Shown here piece by piece: positions 53,391 through 64,000 of a DNA stretch of 64,000 nucleotides. Both the position numbers and the translations under genes were made by a program. Origin of the DNA: Anaeramoeba ignava BMAN (Eukaryota; Protista; Anaeramoebae); NCBI GenBank assembly GCA_028826165.1, contig JAPDFW010000125.1, positions 868,001 to 932,000 of the forward strand, given 5' to 3'. Position 1 is the first letter of the stretch. Each line of letters starts with the position of its first letter. The notes below the pieces were generated by a model that ran no database searches, had not been told where the DNA came from, and saw nothing but the letters and a program-made list of their open reading frames with translations.

Positions 53391-55770
53391 ATGGCTAGAG
53401 GACCAAAAAGACATTTAAAAAGATTAAACGCACCACATAAATGGATGTTGAATAAACTTGGTGGAAGATATGTGTGTTTTACAAATAAAAATCAATATAA
53501 ATTTAAATTTTAATTTAAATATCAATATAAATTTCAATATAAATTTCAAAATCAATTTCAATATCAATTTCAAAATCAATATCAATATCAATATCAATAT
53601 CAATATCAAAATATAATATTAATATCAATTTCAATATCAATTTCAAAATATAATATTAATATCAATTTCAAAATATAATATTAATATCAATTTCAAAATA
53701 TAATATTAATATCAATTTCAAAATATAATATTAATATCAATTTCAAAACAAATTAATATAATTATAAATATAAATTTCAAAATCAATTTCAATATAAATT
53801 TCAAAATCAATTTCAATATCAATTTCAAAACAAATTAATATAATTATAAATATAAATATAAATATAAATATAAATATAATTATAAATATAAATCTCAAAA
53901 TCAATTTCAATATCAATTTCAATATCAATTTCAATATCAATTTCAATATCAATTTCAATATCAATTTCAAAATAAATTTCAATATCAATATCAATTTCAA
54001 AATCAATTTCAATATCAATATCAATATCAATATAAATATCAATTTCAATATCAATATCAATTTCAATATCAATATCAAAATATAATATAAATATCAATAT
54101 CAATTTCAATATCAATTTCAAAATATAAAATCAATTTCAAAATCAATTTCAAAATATAATATAAATATCAATTTCAATATCAATTTCAAAATATAATATT
54201 AATATCAATTTCAAAATATAATATTAATATCAATTTCAAAACAAATTAATATAATTATAAATATAAATTTCAAAATCAATTTCAATATCAATTTCAAAAT
54301 CAATTTCAAAATCAATTTCAATATCAATTTCAATATAAATTTCAATATCAATATCAATTTCAAAATCAATTTCAATATCAATATCAATATCAATATAAAT
54401 ATCAATTTCAATATCAATATCAATTTCAATATCAATATCAAAATATAATATAAATATCAATATCAATTTCAATATCAATTTCAATATCAATTAATTTCAA
54501 AATAAATTTCAAAATAAATTTCAATATAAATATCAATATCAATTTCAATATCAATATCAATATCAATTTCAATATCAATTTCAATATTAATTTCAATATA
54601 AATTTCAATATCAATTTCAAAAATATAAATATAAATATAAATTTCAATATCAATTTCAAAATATAATATTAATATCAATATCAATTTCAATATCAATATC
54701 AATTTCAATATCAATTTCAATATAAAATATAAATATTAATATAAATATAAATATAAATATAAATATAAATATAAATATAAATATAAATATAAATATAAAT
54801 ATAAATATAAATATAAATATAAATATAATTATAAATATAAATATAAATATAAATATAAATCTAAAAATAAATATAAATATAAATTTAATTAAATTTAATT
54901 AATTATCTTTTTTATTAGGCTCCAAGACCTTCAACAGGTCCACATAAATTAAGAGAATCTTTACCTTTAATTATTCTTCTTAGAAACAAACTCAAATATG
55001 CATTAACAAGTCGAGAAGTTATGCTGATTCTCAAACAAAGACTTGTCAAAGTTGATGGAAAAGTTAGAACAGATTCAAATTATCCAGCAGGATTTATGGG
55101 TTAGTTTTGAATTTTAATTTTTTAAATTAAAAATTTATTTATTTATTCATTTTAATTTTTAAAAATATAGATGTTATTTCAATTGAAAAAACAAATGAAC
55201 ATTATCGTTTATTATATGATACAAAAGGACGTTTTTTCATTCATTCAATTCCACAAAAAGAAACAAAAGTAAAAAATATTTATTTTAAATATTTAAATTT
55301 ATTTTATTTAATTTTAAATATTTATATTTTATTAGTTCAAACTTTGCAAAGTTAAAAAAATCCAACTTGGACAAAAAGGAATTCCATTCCTTATTACAAA
55401 TGATGGAAGAACAATTAGATATCCAGATCCACTTATTAAAGCTAATGATACAATTAAACTTGACGTTACAACAGGCAAAATTACAAATTTCTGCAAATTT
55501 GATATTGGAAATTTAGTAATGGTCACAGGAGGAAGAAACACAGGCAGAATGGGAGTAATTACAAAAAGAGAAAAACATCAAGGATCATTCGATATTGTTC
55601 ATATTAAAGATGCTAAAGGTCATGACTTCGTTACTAGAGCTACTAATGTCTTTGTTATTGCTAAAGGAAAAAAACCTCTTATTTCAATCCCTAAAGATTT
55701 TGGAGTTAAATTATCCATCATAGAAGAAAGAGATAAAAGACTGGAAAAATCTCAAAAGAAGAAAAAATAA
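53391..55770 (+). CDS. RPS4: 40S ribosomal protein S4 (eS4), 4 exons
   Basis: [20 protein letters not shown]...|[17 protein letters not shown]...[15 protein letters not shown]|DVISI...[12 protein letters not shown]...[11 protein letters not shown]. Confidence 0.97.
53490..54900. repeat. Intronic (ATATCA/ATTTCA/ATATAA)n satellite with higher-order duplication
   Basis: RPS4 intron 1 (53472-54918). Confidence 0.9.
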
Positions 55771-56016
55771 TCAGTTTTTCACTTTTTAATTCAGTTTCTA
55801 ATTTCATTCCTCTTTTTTTTTGCAATTTTTTTTTTTCTTCTTTTTCTTTCGTTTTTAAAATTCAAAATTCAAATTTTAAATTTCAAATTCAATTCAAAAC
55901 AAAAAGAAAAACAAAAAAATTTTTTTTTCTCTTCATAAAAATAAAACAAAATCAATTTAAACTTTAATCAAAAATATTTTATAATTTTTAATTTAATTTT
56001 TAATTTTTATATTATT

Positions 56017-56117
56017 TTTCAGTTCAGATACTATGACCAATGCCTCATAGAAAAAAATTTAACACATTAAAACAAGTGTCTTCCTTTCATCAGTTTGGTC
56101 TATCATCATAACTGAAA
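56017..56117 (-). ncRNA. Putative box C/D snoRNA
   Basis: Minus strand: 7-bp terminal stem tttcagt/actgaaa enclosing box C ATGATGA (56109-56103), a D'-like CTGA (56093-56090) and box D CTGA (56027-56024). Relatively GC-rich island in an AT-rich spacer. Confidence 0.65.
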
Positions 56118-56296
56118 TTTTTATTTTTTAAATAAAATGAAAAATGAAAAAATAAAAAAATAAAAAAATAATTTTTTTTTCTCCTTTTATTTTTTTTCTC
56201 CTTTTTAATTTAAAAATAAAAATAAATTTTTTTTTCTCTTTTTTTTTTTCATTTTTATTTTTTTTTTTTATTTTATTTTTATTCATTTATTGAAAA

Positions 56297-57212
56297 ATGA
56301 CCACGTCAACTCATTTAAATTTTGGAAACAATCCAGAAATATCAAGTTATTTACAACAAATGATTTTTCCAACAACACCACTTAATAACAATTTATCTGA
56401 TCTCAAAAACAATACAAGAAGAAACATGCCCCCAACAAAACAAGTTTCACATTCACATTCAAATTCAAATTCAGCAATTGTCAATGCCTTATCACAAATG
56501 AAAGACACTGGCAGGTCACATAAAGTAACAAATCCACAAGTTTCATTGGCATTGACAGAACCAGTAGCAATTCCAGTTAATATGGCAGTGACATTACCAG
56601 TACAACAAGTTTCTTCAAGATTTGGAACAGTTAATTTTCCAGTTGTTCCAAATAATGTTTCACCACAAAATCCACAAAAAGAAAGATATAAAACGGAAAT
56701 GTGTCGTTCTTGGGAAGAAACTGGTACTTGTAGATATGGTTCTAAATGTCAGTTTGCACATGGTTATCATGAATTAAGGTAAAAAATTTTAAAAAAAAAA
56801 AAAGGAAAAAAAAAATTTAATTAAAAAAAAAGGGGATAAATAAAAAAAAAACACGAATTCTTTTGTTTTAAAAATAAATTACATTGACATTAACAATAAA
56901 AATACCTTTTTATTTTAACAACAACTTTAAACAAAAAAAACAACAATTCTCAATTTATTTTTTTATTAATTTTTTTATTTAATTTTTTTATTTAATTTTT
57001 TTAGACCAATTCTAAGACATCCAAGATATAAAACTCAAGTCTGTAAATCTTTTCATGAAAATGGTTTTTGTCCTTATGGAAAAAGATGTAGATTTATTCA
57101 CAGTTTTATTGGTTCTCTTCCTTTTTCTTCTCAACAACCTCAATTTCAAGAAATCAAAGATGATTCAATTAAAAGATTACCAGTTTTCGAAAAACTTGCT
57201 CAATCTAATTAA
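56297..57212 (+). CDS. Tristetraprolin/ZFP36-family tandem CCCH zinc-finger mRNA-decay protein, 2 exons
   Basis: [30 protein letters not shown]|[32 protein letters not shown], plus a C-terminal RLPVF motif like the TTP CNOT1-binding site. Confidence 0.92.
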
Positions 57213-57612
57213 AAATTTCTAAATGAATTTGAAATGAATTCGAAACAAAATTCCAAAAAAATTCCTTTTATTTTTTTCTTTTCTTTTTTTTCATTATTGT
57301 TTATATTATTTTTTTTTTCTTTTTAAATTTGTTTTTTTTGCTTTTTTTTTTGCTTTTGATTGGTTTAATAAGAAAAGGAAAGAGTAATATTTGAAAATTT
57401 AACACAATTCCAAAAAAAACAAAACAAAACAATTTCTAATAACATCAAAAGCAAAAGAACAACAAATTTTTTTTTTTGAAACAAAAACATATTTTAAAAA
57501 AAAAAGTAATTCTAAATAAATTACCAAAAAAATTTCAAAAAAAAAATTTATTATTTAAAAAATTCAAAATTAAAAATTCATTTTTTTTTTCTTTTAAAAT
57601 TCAAAATTAAAA

Positions 57613-60600
57613 ATGGATTTAACTCAACAAATTCAAGAAGAAGCAGATAATATTACAAAATATATGGGTTATAATAATAAAAAAATTTCAAATGAACCAT
57701 TATCAATAGAAAAATATATGGCTTGTTTAAAAATACAACAAGATACTGTTATTTATGATAATATATTAACATATAATATTGCAGAAACCTCTTCACAAGC
57801 TTATGAAGAAAGTTATTCTTCACTTTTTAAATGGGTTTCTAAAGCCACTGATAAAATTAAAGTGGAGAAAATAAAAAATTTTAATTTTCAAAATGAATTT
57901 TAATTTTAATTTTCAAAATGAATTTTAATTTATTTAGGTTGAATTGGAATTATTATTATATCCCATTTTTATTCATTGTTTTCTTGATTTAATGGAGAAT
58001 GAAAATTTTATAGAAGGTTTTAATTTATTTTTAATATTAATTTTTTAATCAAAACAAAATTCATTTCAAATTTTTTATTTTAAATCTTTTTAGCTCAAAA
58101 TTTCTTTACAAAACATCAAATATTTCATCAAAAAATACATGGAAAAGAATTAAAAGAAATTTATTCTAATTCTAATTCTGATCCTTCAGAAATTCAAAAA
58201 CGTTTTAGAACACAAAAATATAAAGTTTTAATATCACTTGTTTCTTTTGAACTTTTTGTATCTTTTTTACAAAAAAAGAGATTTATGTTATTATTAAAAA
58301 TTGCTAAATTATATTTAAACATTACAAGTAAATCTAAAATAATAAATTAAATATAAATAAAAATATAAATTAAATATAAATTAAATATAAATTAAATTAT
58401 AAATAAAATTATAAATAAAATTATAAATAAAATTATAAATAAAATTATAAACTAAATTATAAATTAAATTATAAATTAAATTATAAAATAAAATATAAAT
58501 TAAATTATAAATAAAATTATAAATAAAATTATAAATAAAATTATAAATTAAATTATAAATAAAATTATAAATTAAATTATAAATAAAATTATAAATAAAA
58601 TTATAAAATAAATTATAAATTAAATTATAAATAAATTATAAATAAAATTATAAATATAATTATAAATTAAAATATAAATAAAATTATAAATAAAATTATA
58701 AATAAAATTATAAATAAAATTATTTTTAGTTGTTGATATTCATTGGACAGATTCTCCTCTTGAAAAATCAATAATTGATTATGAATCACCAGAATTATTT
58801 CAAAAATGGTTAACAGAGATTGAAGATCCGCCATTATTTGAATTATTAAATTTTCATGAAAGAAAATTTCCTTTAGAAAAGCTTAATGAGTAAAACAAAT
58901 TCAATTCAAAAAATTTAATTCAAAAAATTTAATTCAAAAAATTTAATTCAAAAAATTTAATTCAAAAAATTCAATTCAAAAAATTTAATTCAAACAATTT
59001 AATTCAAAAAATTTAATTCAAACAATTTAATTCAAAAATTTAATTCAAAAAATTTAATTCAAAAAATTTAATTCAAACAATTTAATTCAAACAATTTAAT
59101 TCAAACAATTTAATTCAAACAATTTAATTCAAAAAATTTAATTCAAAAAATTTAATTCAAACAATTTATTTCAAACAATTTAATTCAAACAATTTAAATC
59201 AAAAAATTTAAATCAAAAAATTTAATTCAAAAAATTTAATTCAAACAATTTAATTCAAACAACTTAATTCAAAAAATTTAAGTATTGCCCAAAAATTTGA
59301 AAAAATTTCGGAAAGAATTTCTCTTTTGAATAAAAATTTCCCATCAGTTTTCTTTTCCTCACTTCCAAATTTTCAGAACAAAATTAGTTGTGCTCAAATG
59401 GCTCCAAATCAAACTTGTATTGTTGCTGGTTTTTCTGATTCAACTATTAAAACTTGGAAACTTTCTGAAGATCCTTATCTTTTTTATCTTAAAAAGAATA
59501 AAAATCAAAATAAAAATCAAAATCAAAATAATATTAAGAATAAAAATGAAGAAAAATCTGAAGTAAAAGAATCAATTGAAATTGAAGCAGAAGTTGAAGA
59601 TGTTCCAAAAATGGAAATTGAAGAAAATAGTAATTTATTTTAATTTAAATTGATTTATATTAAAATTTATTTTGATTGAATTTTATTTGATTTAGTATAT
59701 GAAGAAACACCATCATTTACTATGGTTGGTCATCATGGTCCTGTTCATGCTATTCGTTTTAGTGAAAATAGTGAATTAATTTTGAGTTGTTCACAAGATA
59801 AAAGCGGTAAATTAATTTAATTAAATTGAAGAAAAGGAATTAATTAAATTTAAAGAAAAGGATTTAATTAAATTAAATTGAAAGAAAAAGATTTAATTTA
59901 ATTTAAAGAAAAGGATTTAATTAAATTAAATTGAAAGAAAAGGATTTAATTTAATTTAATTTAATTGAAAGAAAAAGATTTAATTTAATTTAATTGAAGA
60001 AAAGAATTTAATTTAATTTAATTAAAGAAAAGGATTTAAATTAATTTAATTTAATTTAATTTAATTGAAGAAAAAGATTTAAATTAATTTAATTTAATTT
60101 AATTGAAGAAAAGAATTTAATTTAATTTAATTAAAGAAAAGGATTTAATTTAAAGAAAAAGATTTAATTTAATTTAATTTAATTTAATTTAAATTAATTG
60201 AATTGAAGAAAAAGATTTAATTTAATTTAAATTAATTTAGAGAAAAGAATTTAATTTAAATTAATTTAATTGAAGAAAAAGATTTAATTTAATTTAAATT
60301 AATTTAATTGAAGAAAAGGATTTAATTTAATTTGGAGAAAAGGATTTAATTTAATTTAATTGAAGAAAAGGATTTAATTTAATTGAAAGAAAAAGATTTA
60401 ATTTAGTTTAATTTAAAGAAAAAGATTTAATTTAATTTAATTTAATTGAATTGAAGGAAAAAATGTTAATTTTAATTTCAAATTTAATTATTTAGTTCGT
60501 TTATGGAAATATGGAGAAAAAACAAATCTTGCTGTTTATAAAGGACATCATTATGCAGTTTGGGATGTTCAATTTTCACCTTTAGGATATTATTTTGCAA

Positions 60601-61454
60601 CAGGATCTTTTGATAAAACAGCACGATTATGGGCAACTGATAGAACTTTTCCAATTAGAGTATTTGTAGGACATTTAGCAGATGTTGATGTATGAAAATG
60701 AACTTAAAATTAAAATTAAAATTAAAATTAAAATTAAAATTAAAATTAAAATTAAAAATTAAAATTAAAATTAAAATTAAAATTAAAATTAAAATTAAAA
60801 TTAAAATTAAAATTAAAATTAAAATTAAAATTAAAATTAAAATTAAAATTAAAATTAAAATTAAAATTATTATTAAAATTAAAATTAAAATTATTATTGA
60901 AATCAAAATTAAAATTAAAATTGAAATTAAAATTAAAATTAAATTGATTTCAAAAAAATAAAAAGTGTGTTACTTTCCATCCTAATTGCAATTACATAGC
61001 ATCAGGATCGTCAGATTGTTCTATAAGAATATGGGACATTCAGAGTTCTAATTGTGTTCGTATTCTTAACAACGAACATAAAGTAGGTGTTACATCAGTA
61101 GCATTTTCACCACAAGGAAATTTCTTAGCAAGTGGAGATGAGAATGGAGAAGTTGTAGTATGGGATATTGGTCAAGGAGAAGCAGTTTACAAATTTGGGA
61201 GCAAAAAACCAATAATTTCAAATTCGCTACAAATTGGTTCAAAAAAGCAGGCAATTTGGTCGTTACAATTCAGTCCATTTGACGGCAATATTTTGGTTGC
61301 TGGAACTCAAGATTCTTCAATCCGTTTTTTTGATCTTTCTTCATATATTAGTGACCCTTCTCATGATTTGTCTACTCCTAATAATTCTCTTGTTCATGTT
61401 GGTTTTTCTAGTAGAGAAATACTTAGAGCTGTTGGAATAAGAAATGTTGATTAA
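57613..61454 (+). CDS. TAF5: TFIID subunit TAF5 (NTD2 + WD40), multi-exon
   Basis: ELELLLYPIFIHCFLDLM (NTD2); YKGHHYAVWDVQFSPLGYYFATGSFDKTARLWATDRTFPIRVFVGHLADVD|CVTFHPNCNYIASGSSD. Confidence 0.9.
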
Positions 61455-61499
61455 TTCTAAAAAAATTGAACAAACTTGATCAGAATTTTTTTTGACATT

Positions 61500-62265
61500 T
61501 TTTTTTAAATAAATTTTATATCAATTTTAAATAAATTTTATATCAATTTTATATCAATTTTATATTAATTTTATATCAATTTTAAATCAATTTTATATCA
61601 ATTTTATATCAATTTTAAATCAATTTTAATTCAATTTTAAATCAATTTTATATCAATTTTAAATCAATTTTATATCAATTTTATATCAATTTTAAATCAA
61701 TTTTAAATAAATTTTATATCAATTTTAAATCAATTTTATATAAATTTTAAATAAATTTTAAATCAATTTTATATCAATTTTAAATAAATTTTTAATCAAT
61801 TTTTAATCAATTTTTAATCAATTTTAAATCAATTTTAAATCAATTTTAAATCAATTTTATATCAATTTTAAATCAATTTTTAAATAAATTTTAAATCAAT
61901 TTTATATTAATTTTAAATCAATTTTATATTAATTTTAAATCAATTTTAAATCAATTTTAAATCAATTTCAAATCAATTTTATATCAATTTTAAATCAATT
62001 TTATATCAATTTTATATCAATTTTAAATCAATTTTAAATAAATTTTATATCAATTTTAAATCAATTTTATATAAATTTTAAATAAATTTTAAATCAATTT
62101 TATATCAATTTTAAATAAATTTTTAATCAATTTTTAATCAATTTTAAATCAATTTTAAATCAATTTTATATCAATTTTAAATCAATTTTAAATAAATTTT
62201 ATATCAATTTTAAATCAATTTTAAATAAATTTTAAATCAATTTTAAATTAATTTTAAATAAATTT
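61500..62265. repeat. Intergenic satellite (atcaatttta-a/t)n
   Basis: 11-nt tandem unit between TAF5 and the BUB2-like gene. Confidence 0.9.
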
Positions 62266-62312
62266 TTTTCATTTTTTTTTTCATTTTTTTTTTTTTGTTT
62301 GTTTATTTTTTA

Positions 62313-64000
62313 ATGGAAATTGATCCAATTAATTTAAGAAAACGTTATGAAGAAATTATTAAAAAAGGAAACGAAGATGAAAAAAATATTGAAAATTATA
62401 TTTCTGAGTTAAGAAAACTTGTACTTTTACATGGTTTACCAGATGAGAATGAAGTAAACAAATTTTAAAAGGAAATTTAACGAAAATTTTAAAAACAGAT
62501 GGAAAAAAACAAATTTACAATCGATTTTACAAAGATTTACAAAGAATTTTTACACAAATTTATTAACAAATATACTAACAAATTTATTAACAAATTTATT
62601 AACAAATTTATTAACAAATATATTAACAAATATATTAACAAATATATTAACAAATATATAATTAAATATATTAACAAATATATTAACAAATATATTAACA
62701 AATTTATTAACAAATATATTAACAAATTTATTAACAAATATATTAACAAATATATTAACAAATATATTAACAAATATATTAATAAATATATAATTAAATA
62801 TATTAATAAATATATTAACAAATATATAATTAAATATATAATTAAATATATAATTAAATATATAATTAAATTTATAATTAAATATATTAACAAATATATT
62901 AACAAATATATTAACAAATATATTAATAAATATATTAACAAATATATTAATAAATATATTAACAAATATATTAACAAATATATTAACAAATATATTAACA
63001 AATATATTAACAAATATATTAACAAATTTATAATTCAAATTATAATTAAATTTATAATTCAATTTATAATTAAATTTATAATTAAATTTATGATTAAATT
63101 TATAATTAAATTTATGATTAAATTTATAATTAAATTTATGATTAAATTTATAATTAAATATATGATTAAATTTATAATTAAATATATAATTAAATTTATA
63201 ATTAAATATATAATTAAATTTATAATTAAATTTATAATTAAATTTATAATTAAATTTATGATTAAATTTATAATTAAATTTATGATTAAATTTATAATTT
63301 TATTAGGAAGATGAAAATAATATGAAAGATGGAAGTGGTTGTACTTTAAGAGGTTTAATTTGGAAAATATTTTTACAAGTTGATAATATAAATGCAAAAG
63401 AATATATATCATTAATTGAAAAAGGAAGATGTGAAAAAAGATTATTTTGGAAAATTAAAGATGATACATGTAGAACATTTAAGAATGATGAAATATTTCA
63501 TAAAAGAGTACCAGAAGAACAATTAGTGAGATTATTGAATACATTTTTAAATAAATGTGGTAAAGGAATGAACAAAGGAATAATAATTAAAACTTTTTCT
63601 AAAATATTAATTTCAAAATATTTAATTTATTTCAATATATTTAATTTATTCCAATATATTTATTTTATTTCAATATATTTAATTAATTTCAATATATTTA
63701 ATTTATTTCAAAATATTTAATTTATTCCAATATATTTATTTTATTTCAAAATATTTAATTTATTTCAATATATTTAATTTATTCCAATATATTTAATTAA
63801 TTTCAATATATTTATTTCAATATATTTAATTTGTTTCAATTTATTTAATTTATTTCAATTTATTTAATTTATTTCAAAATATTTAATTTATTTCCAATAT
63901 ATTTAATTTATTTCAAAATATTTAATTTATTCCAATATATTTAATTTATTTCAATATATTTATTTCAAAATATTTAATTTATTCCAATTTATTTAATTTA
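62313..64000 (+). CDS. BUB2/Cdc16-like TBC GAP, partial (continues beyond window)
   Basis: ELRKLVLLHGLP|...CTLRGLIWKIFLQV...YISLIEKG...KIKDDTCRTFKNDEIFHKRVPEEQLVRLLNTF. Exons ~62313-62453 and ~63308-63559. Confidence 0.8.
62540..63300. repeat. Intronic 12-nt satellite (attaacaaatat / ataattaaattt)
   Basis: Intron 1 of the BUB2-like gene; source of the spurious INKY/LLIY ORFs. Confidence 0.9.

Noticed and set aside
56030-56100. Hammerhead ribozyme (CTGATGA on the minus strand with gaccaa/ttggtc pairing)
   Set aside because: No correctly placed stem II-GAAA-stem III-UH core; the C/D boxes and terminal stem explain the element better.
632-63412. Many ORFs of the [24 protein letters not shown] and INKY types
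   Set aside because: Stop-free frames of intronic or intergenic satellites, or antisense frames of real genes; they lie inside GT-AG introns of recognisable genes.
1-64000. tRNA, rRNA, transposase, reverse transcriptase or intein sequences
   Set aside because: None recognisable by eye; no covariance-model or HMM search could be run.

Overview
Extremely AT-rich, gene-dense eukaryotic DNA with GT-AG spliceosomal introns and the standard genetic code. The intronless RCC1-BTB and BTB-TLDc paralogs and the hexamer microsatellites suggest a metamonad protist such as Anaeramoeba; this is inference, not verified. About 20 protein genes can be read: an NT-C2/coiled-coil/DIL protein, three RCC1-BTB copies, RGS, BTB-TLDc plus a TLDc remnant, PH-TBC, TMEM145/GPR180-like, DnaJA, Afi1/SPA DENN-like, RA-RA-PH, exportin-T, TMEM230-like, presenilin, SAP30BP-like, RPS4, a TTP-like CCCH protein, TAF5 and BUB2-like. 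There is also a likely box C/D snoRNA and a 62-aa spliced membrane microprotein. Most short ORFs in the track are artefacts of intronic satellites. The main result is missing from the ORF track: two adjacent paralogous micro-exon genes (45944-49096 and 49617-53126). Their C-terminal halves are built from 21 and 26 consecutive 3-15 nt exons, all multiples of 3 and all phase 2-2. Spliced by hand, they give ~40% Cys tails ending in CaaX-type motifs (CSIF*, CTIN*), with many Cys codons formed across splice junctions (TG|T). Scattered single-base homopolymer frameshifts indicate imperfect assembly polishing.
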